This document shows positions 20,400 to 30,567 of a stretch of DNA of 64,000 nt, in pieces. Every line of letters begins with the position of its first letter. Positions within the stretch are counted from its first letter, which is position 1. A program made the position numbers and the translations under genes. A model generated the notes under the pieces. It saw only the letters and a program-made list of their open reading frames with translations. It did not search any database and was not told the DNA's origin. The DNA is from Minisyncoccota bacterium (GTDB lineage: Bacteria; Patescibacteriota; Minisyncoccia; Phycocordibacterales; UBA2135): contig JBBDJW010000012.1 in NCBI GenBank assembly GCA_040879685.1, positions 14,233-78,232 of the forward strand, given 5' to 3'.

Positions 20400-22250
20400 T
20401 TACTCAGTATCCTTATCGTCTTTTTTATCATCATCACTTTCGTCTTTCTTTTTCTCTGTCGGCTTTGATTTAATTGTTTTCGCCTCTTGCCGTAATGTTT
20501 TTATTTCCCCCCTAATTTTTTCTTTTTTCTTGTCAAGTTCCTCTTTTTTCTTGTCAAGTTCCTCCTCTAGGTTTTCTAGGCGACCCAACTCCTCTAGTTC
20601 AGCGACAGTTACTTTCTCACCTCTTTCTTCTTTACTATGAAGGTCACTACTATAGCTTGATAGTTTTTCGTAGTTTGATTTGATTCCATTCTTTAATTCC
20701 CTTTCTTCTTTTTCTAATTCTTTTTCTTCTGACTCCTTTATCTTAAGTATAAGTTGGGTTGCCGCAACCGTTCTATTTCGGAAGATGTCCCCCAAAGGAC
20801 TTCGTGGAGAGAGGACATTTTTAATATAATCCTCATCCTTATCTCCTCCGATAGATTTCGCAAAGGCAACACGTTCCTCAATCTTAGTGTCCAATTCCTT
20901 CTCATACCCTCCCTTTCCTAGTGCCTTTCCCATACCAGTGATTGATTTGCCGGCGACCTTTGCACTACGAGCATCATAGCTGGCAGTTGCCAAGCTACGA
21001 GTTCCCTGAAGAAGCGTTCCGGCAACACGACCTTTGATCGCCGCTTTTTGAAACCTTTCACTGCTTGCAAGTATGCTGGCTCCTCGTCCGAGGAGTTGCC
21101 GCCCGCCAATTCCCACTGCTCCGAATGTAAGAGCGCCGGTCGTCGCCTTTGCTGTTTTCATCACCGTCTCTGCTCCCATTAAACCAAATTGTTTTGCGAG
21201 TATATACGAGCCATAGATAAGAGCGATGACGATAGCAAACTGAAAGAGCACCGCAAAGAATGAAACTCCACCGACATCACCGGCAAACCAGCCGGCAACA
21301 GCACCCGAGAAACTCAAATCTTCTTCACCAACGCCCGGGAGCAGGCTTCCTGTGCCTATAATCATCACCGTCAATGTTATAAGAAGAATATAAGCGGGCG
21401 CATAAAAAGAGTATTTTAAGAGATGGCTCCACCACAGATTATAATACTTCTCTGTCCCGGGGAGAATTCTGGCGACAAATGCAAGAGGCGAGAGCACCAT
21501 TAAAAACATCAACATTACCGAACGGACAATAAACATTATCGCCGCAGTTCCAAAAGAAAAGACGGCGATGAGCGTAGCTATCGTTCCTACAATGTAAACG
21601 GTGAAAAGCCTACTCGGGTTCAAAACAAATGCCCCTGCAGTACCCCCGAGACCCTCAACACCTTCATTTACAATAGTTTGCAGACGAAGGCCATTCGCAA
21701 GACTTGCTGACAACCCCCCCTCGGCGGTTATTTGCTCATAAAACGCAACGGCAAAAATATTTGACGCATCAATTACAAGTTTTGTGAAGAAAAGGCTGAA
21801 GTTAACAAGAAGTGCAACGACAACGAGCGAGGTAAGAATTTTCTTTGTTTCAAAGCCTCCCGCCTGAAGAATGGTCATTATGGAAATATAAACGAGGATA
21901 AAAACAAAAACAACATTAGAAAGATCGCGCACAGCTCCCCACGCGACATTAACTGCCCCGACAGAGAGGCTGTTAATGTCTAATGAAAAAGTAATGCTTG
22001 TATCAAGAAGCCACGCACTCGCCGTGAGGATAAGGCCGGAAAGGTTGAATAGTCCTTCCGCAAGAAGATTTGGTATTAAAAGCGCAAACGCCTTAAGACC
22101 CCCTACAATATCAAGAGGGTTGGCAAACACAAAAGAGTCCGGAAGAGGGGCAAGAAAAAGGAAGAGTATAAATATCACAAACCACGAAGTGTGTCTTGGT
22201 GAGAACTTCTTTGGCAGTCTATATGCAATGTTTTGTAGTAGTCGCTTCAT
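20400..22250 (-). CDS. VirB6/TrbL-like polytopic membrane protein
   Basis: W..VRDL.N, ALLVNFSLF, SPLAF...ILP.T...WW motifs; many TM helices; C-terminal coiled coil. Confidence 0.7.
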   Translation of the reverse strand: MKRLLQNIAYRLPKKFSPRHTSWFVIFILFLFLAPLPDSFVFANPLDIVGGLKAFALLIPNLLAEGLFNLSGLILTASAWLLDTSITFSLDINSLSVGAVNVAWGAVRDLSNVVFVFILVYISIMTILQAGGFETKKILTSLVVVALLVNFSLFFTKLVIDASNIFAVAFYEQITAEGGLSASLANGLRLQTIVNEGVEGLGGTAGAFVLNPSRLFTVYIVGTIATLIAVFSFGTAAIMFIVRSVMLMFLMVLSPLAFVARILPGTEKYYNLWWSHLLKYSFYAPAYILLITLTVMIIGTGSLLPGVGEEDLSFSGAVAGWFAGDVGGVSFFAVLFQFAIVIALIYGSYILAKQFGLMGAETVMKTAKATTGALTFGAVGIGGRQLLGRGASILASSERFQKAAIKGRVAGTLLQGTRSLATASYDARSAKVAGKSITGMGKALGKGGYEKELDTKIEERVAFAKSIGGDKDEDYIKNVLSPRSPLGDIFRNRTVAATQLILKIKESEEKELEKEERELKNGIKSNYEKLSSYSSDLHSKEERGEKVTVAELEELGRLENLEEELDKKKEELDKKKEKIRGEIKTLRQEAKTIKSKPTEKKKDESDDDKKDDKDTE

Positions 22251-22300
22251 TGTAAGATAAGAGTGTTAACCCGATGTTTCTTTCTTCACTATCTTCCTCT

Positions 22301-23650
22301 TTACTCGCTACGCCTTTCAATTTCTGCTATAAGTGCATTTATTTCACTAAGCTCTTCTTGTGCAGACGCGAGGTCATTTGCATGTGTTTCTCCTTTGAAC
22401 CCATCAAATTCTTTTGAAATGGTGTTTATCTCCTCTAGAGATTCCGCGTTGATGGTTTGTGTTTTTAGGGTGTTTAACTTGGTGAGAACAGGATAAGTCT
22501 CAATCAAATCTTCTCTAAGAGGTGTTCTTAGGTTTTTAATTTCCCACGCTTTTTGAGCCCTGAAGAAGGAAAGAGATGGCTTACCTTCGAGATTTTTGAG
22601 TTTTTCTTCCGCTTCATCAAGCGCCACCAACGAACTATTTTTTGTGTTTTGATAGGTTTCCTCATTGTCTATATAGACATCTATGATACGGACAACTCCG
22701 TCGCGTGAGCGGGTGAGAGTATCAAGGTCTTCTGTTGGAACTTCTGTGTTTCCACCCCCCCTGCGCGAATCATCACCGCTCTTAAGAAGCCCCTTCGCAC
22801 CAACAAATATCTCATCTATAAGTTTTCCAAGAAGAGCATTTACTACTTCACCAATACTGTCTGCAAGGTTAAGCTGGTCAATGTCGCTCTCGACTGTGAG
22901 TTTTTTAATCCTATCCCGTACAAGACTTCCCGGGGTGATAGTTTCAGAATCAGTACACTCACCTTCTTCATTTCTGGCTTTGCACTTTTGAGAGCTTAAA
23001 AATCCACTTGCCCAATCAAGCTCTCGCTCTGTATTTTGCGCTTGTTGGCGAAGAAGGCTATTGAGCTCTGTACTGCTCTTTGCATATTGCCCATAAATGG
23101 TGTTTTGAGAGTTGGTAATTTGCCTTCTCCACACATCCCATCCACCGCGTCTGAAATCTTGATGATAATCGTCCAAAACTTCCTGCGCAATAGTGCGCGT
23201 ATCCGTAACCCTTCTCTCTCCGGCGCAGGGGCGCGCCGCTAAGAGTGAGCGAGCAATGACACGCTTTTCTTCTGGAGAATAGCTCGTATCATCGCCAAGT
23301 TTGTCCATGAAGCGATTAAATGTTTGCGTACAAATGAACGCAAAATACGCGTCTTTGTTTGTTATGTAAAGCGGGTTGCCGTCAAAGCCGTTGTTTATCC
23401 AGTTGATTGTCTGCTGGGTAATTTGCGCGACAAGGGCCTTCGCGACTGCCCATGCGATACCGTCAAGAACCTCTTCTCTGAAGGACTCCTCCAACATTTG
23501 GATGAAATTTGAAAAATCAAAAGTAGGCCAACCCCCAGCCTCTACTTCCTGTGGTTTTATTAAAAAGGAGCTCGGAAGCAGAAAGACAACCAAGAGCAGA
23601 ACCACAAGTATTTTTTTAGAAAGATTTTTTTTCATAAGCCGCTGACTCAT
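22301..23650 (-). CDS. Secreted helical protein, possibly VirB5/TrbJ-like
   Basis: Signal peptide followed by GWPTFDFSN (cf. the G.PV.D..N start of VirB5/TrbJ). ATGA overlap with the upstream gene. Confidence 0.5.
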   Translation of the reverse strand: MSQRLMKKNLSKKILVVLLLVVFLLPSSFLIKPQEVEAGGWPTFDFSNFIQMLEESFREEVLDGIAWAVAKALVAQITQQTINWINNGFDGNPLYITNKDAYFAFICTQTFNRFMDKLGDDTSYSPEEKRVIARSLLAARPCAGERRVTDTRTIAQEVLDDYHQDFRRGGWDVWRRQITNSQNTIYGQYAKSSTELNSLLRQQAQNTERELDWASGFLSSQKCKARNEEGECTDSETITPGSLVRDRIKKLTVESDIDQLNLADSIGEVVNALLGKLIDEIFVGAKGLLKSGDDSRRGGGNTEVPTEDLDTLTRSRDGVVRIIDVYIDNEETYQNTKNSSLVALDEAEEKLKNLEGKPSLSFFRAQKAWEIKNLRTPLREDLIETYPVLTKLNTLKTQTINAESLEEINTISKEFDGFKGETHANDLASAQEELSEINALIAEIERRSE

Positions 23651-24591
23651 TGTGTGTTCCACACATATCCTGCCTCGTGCTCCTTAAACTCAACACCCTT
23701 GTTCTTAAAAAAAAGGGAGAGAGAGGCAAGAGATTGTTGCATTTCCCCAAGAGCATTACGATACTCATCAAAACTAAACTTTCCTAAAATGGCATCTTTG
23801 TGAACGCGGCTCATTCCTGTAAGAGAGTTAGCAGTTTTTTTATATGAGTTTACAAGCTGGAGAAATATGCCAACGCTTTCACTCGGGACAGAGAGAGTTA
23901 AGATATCTTTTGCAAGTCCATCAAACACAACAGATTGCTCCTGAATTTTATCGGCAAATTCCGGGAGAGAATTAAGAGCAAGTGTCTCAAAAAGAGAAAG
24001 AACCTCCTGTACGTTGATTGCTGGGTTGGCTTGTAGCTGTGTAGCGAGGATGTTTCCAAAAGCACGTAACTCATCATTTGTCGTGTTATGGGCGATTGTC
24101 ATATCATCTCGCGTATATTGAGCAATGTCAGGTTTTTCTAACTGGTGCACGAGATTAGAAATAATCTCATCTTCATCTTGGAAGTTGTCACCTTGGCTGA
24201 TATTTAACGAACTTACAAAGAGAGATTTTGCAAACTTTTCGGTAAGATTACCACTTTCTGATTGGAAGAAGAAAGATTCTTCTATGCCATATTTTTTTGT
24301 AATTTCTTCTCCATCATACAAAGAAAGATCTCCGCCGAATTGTATGTAGTCATTCACACCGTCTCCGTCGGTGTCGGGGTTGTTTTTGTCGCTTCCCACA
24401 AGCACCTCCTCCCAATCCTTAAGCCCATCGCCGTCACTGTCCTCTTGAAAAAAGGACAGCTCACCCTCGGAAACATAAAAAGAACCTTCTTTATTCTTCC
24501 CAAAGGTGTCTTGCTCACCCCCTTTTACCAGAACAGCTCCCGTTAGCAAAAGAAGAGAAAATCCAATCGCGATAAATAAGTTTTTTTCCAT
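23647..24591 (-). CDS. Membrane-anchored protein with Ca-binding thrombospondin type 3-like repeats
   Basis: DSDGDGLKDWEE...NPDTDGDG. Confidence 0.6.
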   Translation of the reverse strand: MEKNLFIAIGFSLLLLTGAVLVKGGEQDTFGKNKEGSFYVSEGELSFFQEDSDGDGLKDWEEVLVGSDKNNPDTDGDGVNDYIQFGGDLSLYDGEEITKKYGIEESFFFQSESGNLTEKFAKSLFVSSLNISQGDNFQDEDEIISNLVHQLEKPDIAQYTRDDMTIAHNTTNDELRAFGNILATQLQANPAINVQEVLSLFETLALNSLPEFADKIQEQSVVFDGLAKDILTLSVPSESVGIFLQLVNSYKKTANSLTGMSRVHKDAILGKFSFDEYRNALGEMQQSLASLSLFFKNKGVEFKEHEAGYVWNTQ

Positions 24592-24739
24592 AAAACAAAG
24601 ACTCCCTCACTATGAAGTATAGCAAAAAAGGTGCCCTTATACGCACGGAAGCCTTTTTATGTGTGGATAATGGCTTTTTACTAATTTAATTACTCTTCCG
24701 AGCGAGAGGGATCAGTTTCTGCTTGAAACAACATAAAAG

Positions 24740-26704
24740 TCAGGTAATGATTTCTTCCTCAAAAGGGCCTTGTTCCATGTCGTGCACTCCTTCTTCCCGT
24801 TTAATAAGGTCTTCCGGAATGTCGTTTAAAAATTCAGAAGGGGACTGAAGCTCTTTTTTTCCATAAATGGTCCGCGAGCCGCTAAAAGAAAGAAACGCCC
24901 GTTTACCGGCTCGCGTAAGGGCGACATAAAAAAGCCGTCTCTCCTCCTCTCCGCGTTCACTCTGTGCACCCTCATTATCATCAAAGCCGGTGTGAGGAAA
25001 AAGCCCCTGCTCCAGACCGACAATGAAAACGTAAGGAAACTCAAGCCCTTTTGATGCGTGTACGGTCATCAGAGAAACGCCCCCCCCTTTTTCTTTTTTA
25101 TGAGAAAGAGAGTCCGCTTCGCTTGCAAGTGAAGCGTCCTCTAAAAGTTGCACAATCCCTTCTCCAAGCGGAAGAGAATCATACTTTGTAGAGAGTGTTA
25201 CAAGTTCTTTGATGTTCTCAAGTCTTTCCTTACCCTCTTCTCCTTCTTTGGCAAGTGCGGTGTCAAGCCCCACTCGTTTTGGAATCCACTTTATAAGTAG
25301 AGAGGGCTTTTGTGTATTTCCTCGCTCCTCTATTTCATCAAGAAGAGTAAAAAAGTCATCAACTTTTTCTTGCGTTCGTTGCGGTAGAGTTTTTTTTTGA
25401 CCACCCAAGAGTTTTAAGAGAGTCACTTTGCCAATTCCGCGCGGTGGCGTGTTGATAATTCTTTTAAGGGAGCTTACGCTCTCTCTATTGAGAGCCGCAC
25501 AAACAAAAGCCAAAATATCTTGCACTTCTTTTCTTTCAAAAAAGCGAGTACCAAGGACGCGATAGGGAATGTCTAATCCTAAAAAAACTTCTTCCAAAAT
25601 TCGTGATTGGAAGTTTGCACGATAGAGGAGTGCAATCTCGTTAGGGGAAACACCAGAAAAAAGAAGGTCGCGCACCTTTGAGCCGACAAAAAAAGCTTCT
25701 TCTACCTCACTTCGTGCAGTAAAGAGAGAAAGCTTTTCACCAAGAGCATTTTTTGTAAAAAGTTTTTTATCTTGCCGGAGAATATTTTTTTGAATAATAG
25801 CTTGAGCAGCCCTCAAAATCCGCTCTGTTGAGCGGTAATTTTGAGAAAGTATGATAATGCGTGCCTTGGGAAAATCTTTATCAAAACGAAGAATGTTTTG
25901 TATATTTGCTCCGCGCCAACTGTAAATGTTTTGATCACTATCACCGACAACACAGAGATTTTTATTATCTCCAACGAGAAGTCCCAAAAGAATGTATTGT
26001 GCTTGGTTTGTATCTTGATACTCATCAATGTGAAGGTAACGCCAACGAGTTTGGTAATGAAGACGAGCGTCCTTATCTTTTTGTAAAACAGAAACCGCTT
26101 TTATTAAAAGGTCGTCAAAATCAAGTGAGCGTTCTTTTTTAAGAAGTGTCTCATATGCTTCCCATACGCGCACAACAAGCAGTGCAAAAAAATTACCCCC
26201 CGAGCGTTCCAAATATTCATGCGGTGAAACACAGTCTCCTTTATTGCGAGAGATACTATTTAAAATTGTTTTTGGATCGTATTGTTTTGTATCATACCCA
26301 ACGGTCCCCATTGCTTCCTTTATTAAAGAGAGAGCGCTTGCCTTATTGGCAACCGAGAAATTTTTCTTTACACCAATACACATTCCATGTCCGCGCAGAA
26401 TTTCAATTCCCAAGCGGTGGAAGGTGCCAATGAAAGGCGTTTCACTAAGGAAGTGCGGAGCACCCCGCACGCCTTCTTTGCTCATAAGCGAGGTAATCCT
26501 CTCTCTCATTTCTTCCGCCGCCTTATTGGTAAAGGTAACGGCGAGGATCGCATCGGGGGAGACACCTTTTTTAATAAGGTGGAATATTCTATGAGTGATG
26601 GTTTTTGTTTTCCCCGCTCCTGCACCCGCGACAATTAAAAGAGGACCTTCTTGATAGAGTACGGCCTCTCTTTGTGGGGGATTAAGCTCGTCTAAATAGG
26701 ACAT
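24740..26704 (-). CDS. pcrA: UvrD/PcrA ATP-dependent DNA helicase
   Basis: AGAGAGKT, DEYQD, GDSDQNIY.WRGA, NYRS, TVHASKGLEF, EERRLFYVALTRA. Confidence 0.95.
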   Translation of the reverse strand: MSYLDELNPPQREAVLYQEGPLLIVAGAGAGKTKTITHRIFHLIKKGVSPDAILAVTFTNKAAEEMRERITSLMSKEGVRGAPHFLSETPFIGTFHRLGIEILRGHGMCIGVKKNFSVANKASALSLIKEAMGTVGYDTKQYDPKTILNSISRNKGDCVSPHEYLERSGGNFFALLVVRVWEAYETLLKKERSLDFDDLLIKAVSVLQKDKDARLHYQTRWRYLHIDEYQDTNQAQYILLGLLVGDNKNLCVVGDSDQNIYSWRGANIQNILRFDKDFPKARIIILSQNYRSTERILRAAQAIIQKNILRQDKKLFTKNALGEKLSLFTARSEVEEAFFVGSKVRDLLFSGVSPNEIALLYRANFQSRILEEVFLGLDIPYRVLGTRFFERKEVQDILAFVCAALNRESVSSLKRIINTPPRGIGKVTLLKLLGGQKKTLPQRTQEKVDDFFTLLDEIEERGNTQKPSLLIKWIPKRVGLDTALAKEGEEGKERLENIKELVTLSTKYDSLPLGEGIVQLLEDASLASEADSLSHKKEKGGGVSLMTVHASKGLEFPYVFIVGLEQGLFPHTGFDDNEGAQSERGEEERRLFYVALTRAGKRAFLSFSGSRTIYGKKELQSPSEFLNDIPEDLIKREEGVHDMEQGPFEEEIIT

Positions 26705-26905
26705 GTGTTGGTTTACTATAGCACAGGCGGTTTGAGTTAGTATTTTAGTAAATAATAAATAGTAGAAAGTTAAAGGATTGAAAGTTGTTTCAAGTTACGA
26801 ATGAGAGGGTGATGGCTCGTGTTGGTTGTGCACTCCAGGATCATGGGCCTTGAATGTCTGAAAAGCTCTTTATTATAGCCCTTATTTTCCTGTGGTTAAC
26901 TTCTA

Positions 26906-26933
26906 TTGACTTACCCACCTCCTTTCATATAAT
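26906..26933 (+). promoter_or_regulatory. Sigma70-like promoter for the LysM/M23 gene
   Basis: TTGACT-16 nt-TATAAT. Confidence 0.55.
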
Positions 26934-27214
26934 GGGCCCATTGCTCCGCATGCATGGTTTTGGCAAAAAACGCTTATTTTGAAACGTTTTTGAGAAAAGT
27001 AAGAGAAGAAAAAATAGATTGATAAAGGTTCTTAGCCTTCCGGTGTTGCTGATTGGAGTAAAGGTAGGAAGCGTTTTGTTAAGGTCGAGAAGGCCATAGA
27101 TAAGGAAGAACCGCTTTTATTTGACTTATTTTATCTAAAATAACATCACCTGACCCGGCAGAGGGTCCGCATAAAACGCCTTTCGCGGCAAAATACAGAG
27201 CAAAAAAATCCACC

Positions 27215-28231
27215 ATGGTGCATAGGGTACCTTTTTTTGTGGTATTCGTTTTGCTTTTCACTATTCCGGCAGTACATGCACATGCCGGAATTTTTTCATT
27301 TGTAAACAATTTTTTAAAAAAGAATGTAGAAGAGTCGGTTTCCTCCAAAGGTAATGTGCAAAATCTTGCGCTTCTTCAGGCGGCACTCAACGTAGATCCA
27401 AACCCAGCAAAGGGAGGGGGGGAAATTACCGTTGTTGGTGACAGCGCTCTCTTACCCGACACAGGTCCTCTGGGAACCATTGCTGATATGGAGGAGAGTG
27501 CACCGTCGTCGGATAAGATTAGTATCTATATCGTTCGTGATGGAGATTCTCTTTCCCAGATTGCCAAAATGTTTGGTGTTTCTACCAATACTATTATTTG
27601 GGCAAACGACATTAGCCGAGGAGACTTAATTCGCGAGGGACAAACACTTGTCATTTTGCCACTTTCAGGTATTAAACACACCGTGGAAAAAGGAGATACC
27701 TTGAATGGTATTGTTAAAAAATATAAGGGAGACATACAGGAGATTCTTGATTTTAATGATTTAACGGAAGACGTGACTCTTGCTGTTGGAGATGAAATTA
27801 TTATTCCTGATGGAGAACTTGGAACGGTGCGGCATACAGAAATTCAATCAAAGAATATTGTACGGGGAACATCAGGACCGTCGTACGTTGGCTACTACAT
27901 AAATCCAGTCCCCGGCTCACGAAGATCACAAGGTATTCATGGATATAACGGGATTGATCTTGCCGCTCCATACGGTACGCAAATTCTTGCCTCAGCAGGA
28001 GGCACCGTCATCTTGAGTCGTTCATATGGATGGAATGGTGGGTATGGAAATTATGTCGTCATTCGTCACCCTAATGGAACTCAAACACTCTATGCACATA
28101 ACTCACGAAACATTGTAAGCGTTGGAGCTTCGGTAGTACAAGGGCAGGTAATAGGATATGTTGGTTCAACGGGCCGCTCAACAGGGTCTCATGTTCACTT
28201 TGAAGTTCGTGGTGCCAAAAATCCTTTCTAG
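27215..28231 (+). CDS. LysM + M23 peptidoglycan endopeptidase
   Basis: Two LysM repeats; H..NGID and HVHFEV M23 motifs. Confidence 0.93.
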   Translation: MVHRVPFFVVFVLLFTIPAVHAHAGIFSFVNNFLKKNVEESVSSKGNVQNLALLQAALNVDPNPAKGGGEITVVGDSALLPDTGPLGTIADMEESAPSSDKISIYIVRDGDSLSQIAKMFGVSTNTIIWANDISRGDLIREGQTLVILPLSGIKHTVEKGDTLNGIVKKYKGDIQEILDFNDLTEDVTLAVGDEIIIPDGELGTVRHTEIQSKNIVRGTSGPSYVGYYINPVPGSRRSQGIHGYNGIDLAAPYGTQILASAGGTVILSRSYGWNGGYGNYVVIRHPNGTQTLYAHNSRNIVSVGASVVQGQVIGYVGSTGRSTGSHVHFEVRGAKNPF

Positions 28232-28306
28232 GTTGTACAAAATCAAGAGGAGTTTAAGGATTACAAGTTAAGAATTAGGATAGGTAAGAACCTCCTTAGA
28301 TTACTT

Positions 28307-29875
28307 CTAGAGGCTCTTTTTAGGGCGGTATTGCATTGCCTCAAGTATGTGTTGCGGAAGTATCTGCTCACATCCTTCAATGTCGGCGATGGTCCGAGCA
28401 AGTTTGAGTGAACGATGATATGCTCGGGCTGACAGATCAAGTTTTTTTGCTGCTTCGTCCAATATTTGTTTCGTCTCGTCGCGCAGTATCACATATTTTA
28501 AATCCCGCACCCGCATTTCTGCGTTTAATGAAAAATCTTTTTTTGAGAAACGACGACTTTGTTCCTCTCGGGCTTTCGCTACGCGCCGGCGCATTGTTTT
28601 TGTCTCCATATCCTCTCCTAAGAGGTGTTTATGAGAAACACTTTGGGAAAGTTCTTTATTGTCTATGCGCGATACCTCAATCCACATATCAATTCTATCA
28701 ATGATCGGCCCGGAAATTTTCCTTTGGTATTTAATAAGTTGTGTAGGAAGACAGGTGCATGCGCGAAGTGTGTCGCCATAATAACCACAGGGACACGGAT
28801 TAAATGCCGCGACAAGAATGAATCGTGCAGGAAAAATCTCACTTCCTTTTGCACGTGATATTGCGATGACATGCTCTTCAAGGGGTTCGCGAAGAGACTC
28901 AATAACGCGTCTATCAAATTCAGGAAACTCATCAAGGAAAAGCACGCCATTGTGTGCAAGCGTCGCTTCTCCGGGTTGTGGATAGGAGCCGCCACCAACC
29001 ACCGAAGTGTACGAAGCGGTATGATGGGGAGAGCGAAAGGGAGGTGTCGCTATAAAAACATCATCTAAAATGCCGCGCACTGAGTGAATTCCGGTAACTT
29101 CAAGCCCTTCTTCAAATGAAAGTGGTGGAAGGATTGAAATAAGTGCTCGGGCAAGAAGTGTTTTGCCACTCCCCGGAGGTCCATAAAAAGCAATATTATG
29201 CCCCCCCGCCGCCGCAATCTCAAGCCCTCTCTTTGCAGCCTCTTGTCCCTTTATGTCTCCAAATGAAGTAGCGTATGAAGGTTGGGTACTCACTACTTTA
29301 GTGTGTTCTTGTTGTTTAATTTTTATACTACTCTTTTCATTTTCCTTCTTCCCTTCATTAATATGCTCTACTACTTCACGCAGACTCTCTGCTCCATAAA
29401 CACAGATACCAGAAACAAGCGCCGCTTCAGGGGCATTTATACTTGGAAGATAAAGTTCAGTAAAGCCGGCCTCCTTTGCTTTTTGTGCAATAAGGAGCGC
29501 TCCCTTAATAGGAAGCAAGCTTCCTCCTAGTGACAACTCACCAACAAAGAGGCGATTCTGCGGTTCAAAACAAATCTCTCCTGTCGCGAGTAAATAGCCA
29601 AGTGCGATGGGCAGGTCAAAAAGAGGGCCCTCTTTTTTAAGATCTGCAGGAGAAAGGGAGACCACCACTTTTTGCTGTCCCTTGCTTTTCGGCGAGGTAA
29701 AGCCAGCGCTTTTTATTGCAGAGCTTACTCTGTCGCGAGACTCTTCAACAGCCTTGTCAGGGAGACCAACAACAGAAAACGAATGTACGCCACGAAACAA
29801 ATCAACTTCAATAGTAATGTTTCGTGTTTTTAATCCGGTAACTTGTGCGGAATAAATATAAGAGAGCCGAGTCAT
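28307..29875 (-). CDS. comM: ComM/YifB Mg-chelatase-like AAA ATPase
   Basis: VGLPD.AV.ESR.RV, GPPGSGKT, PFRSPHH, LAHNGVLFLDEFPEF, ARTIAD. Confidence 0.95.
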   Translation of the reverse strand: MTRLSYIYSAQVTGLKTRNITIEVDLFRGVHSFSVVGLPDKAVEESRDRVSSAIKSAGFTSPKSKGQQKVVVSLSPADLKKEGPLFDLPIALGYLLATGEICFEPQNRLFVGELSLGGSLLPIKGALLIAQKAKEAGFTELYLPSINAPEAALVSGICVYGAESLREVVEHINEGKKENEKSSIKIKQQEHTKVVSTQPSYATSFGDIKGQEAAKRGLEIAAAGGHNIAFYGPPGSGKTLLARALISILPPLSFEEGLEVTGIHSVRGILDDVFIATPPFRSPHHTASYTSVVGGGSYPQPGEATLAHNGVLFLDEFPEFDRRVIESLREPLEEHVIAISRAKGSEIFPARFILVAAFNPCPCGYYGDTLRACTCLPTQLIKYQRKISGPIIDRIDMWIEVSRIDNKELSQSVSHKHLLGEDMETKTMRRRVAKAREEQSRRFSKKDFSLNAEMRVRDLKYVILRDETKQILDEAAKKLDLSARAYHRSLKLARTIADIEGCEQILPQHILEAMQYRPKKSL

Positions 29876-29891
29876 TGTATATTAGTATAAC

Positions 29892-29918
29892 AAAAAAACG
29901 GGTCACAAGGACCCGTTT
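29892..29918 (-). terminator. Intrinsic terminator of the small membrane protein gene
   Basis: Minus strand reads AAACGGGTC-CTTGT-GACCCGTTTTTTT. Confidence 0.7.
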
Positions 29919-29933
29919 GTCCACTCTGTGGAG

Positions 29934-30110
29934 TTAAACTTTTGAGAAAAAGGCAGCAAGTGCGACCAAGAGAACTCCAACAACTGTTGCATAAGAGACA
30001 AAAAGTAAAGGGCCATCTTGCAGTGTATTTCCCAACCATGCCATAAAAATACCAGCCGTGGGGATAAGAATTACTGCGGCGATACCTGTTCGTACAACTC
30101 GTTCTTTCAT
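29934..30110 (-). CDS. 58-aa two-TM small membrane protein (not in the ORF track)
   Basis: Translated by hand: MKERVVRTGIAAVILIPTAGIFMAWLGNTLQDGPLLFVSYATVVGVLLVALAAFFSKV. Terminator follows. Confidence 0.6.
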   Translation of the reverse strand: MKERVVRTGIAAVILIPTAGIFMAWLGNTLQDGPLLFVSYATVVGVLLVALAAFFSKV

Positions 30111-30165
30111 GAGAGAAGTCCTTTGCAGAGGATCTTATCTTAGCGTACGCTCTAAAAAAAACTTG

Positions 30166-30528
30166 TCAATTCAGATGTTTTGTACACGTCGTTGCCGCCG
30201 GGTTTGCCTCAAGCCGCTTCTCTTCTACTCTCCCTCCCCCTACTGAACAAATGCCATACGTTCCCTCATTGATGCGAGAGAGCGCTCCGCGTACATTATT
30301 TAATCGCTCTTCAAGTGTTTCAGTAATAGCAACGCGTTCCTCATAGTCTTCTTGCCTGTCGGCGGCGAGGTTTTTGTCGGCGCTTTCTTGAGGCCCGTTT
30401 CCTTTTTCCGGGTCAGCAACCCAGTCAGAAGGATTATTTGGGTTGACATGCCCCATGTCCGCTAGTTCTTTTTCAAGAAGAGTTTTTTCTTTAAGAAGTT
30501 TTTCTTTAAATTTTTCTGTATCAATCAT
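30166..30528 (-). CDS. TraR/DksA family protein
   Basis: Coiled coil, then AL.RI.EGTYGIC...RLEA.P.A..C. Confidence 0.88.
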   Translation of the reverse strand: MIDTEKFKEKLLKEKTLLEKELADMGHVNPNNPSDWVADPEKGNGPQESADKNLAADRQEDYEERVAITETLEERLNNVRGALSRINEGTYGICSVGGGRVEEKRLEANPAATTCTKHLN

Positions 30529-30567
30529 TATCTCTATTGTAGAGAAATAATGCCCGCAAGGCAAATC

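Noticed and set aside
13202-24591. Integrative conjugative element
   Set aside because: No relaxase, coupling protein, integrase or flanking att repeats lie within or next to the cluster.
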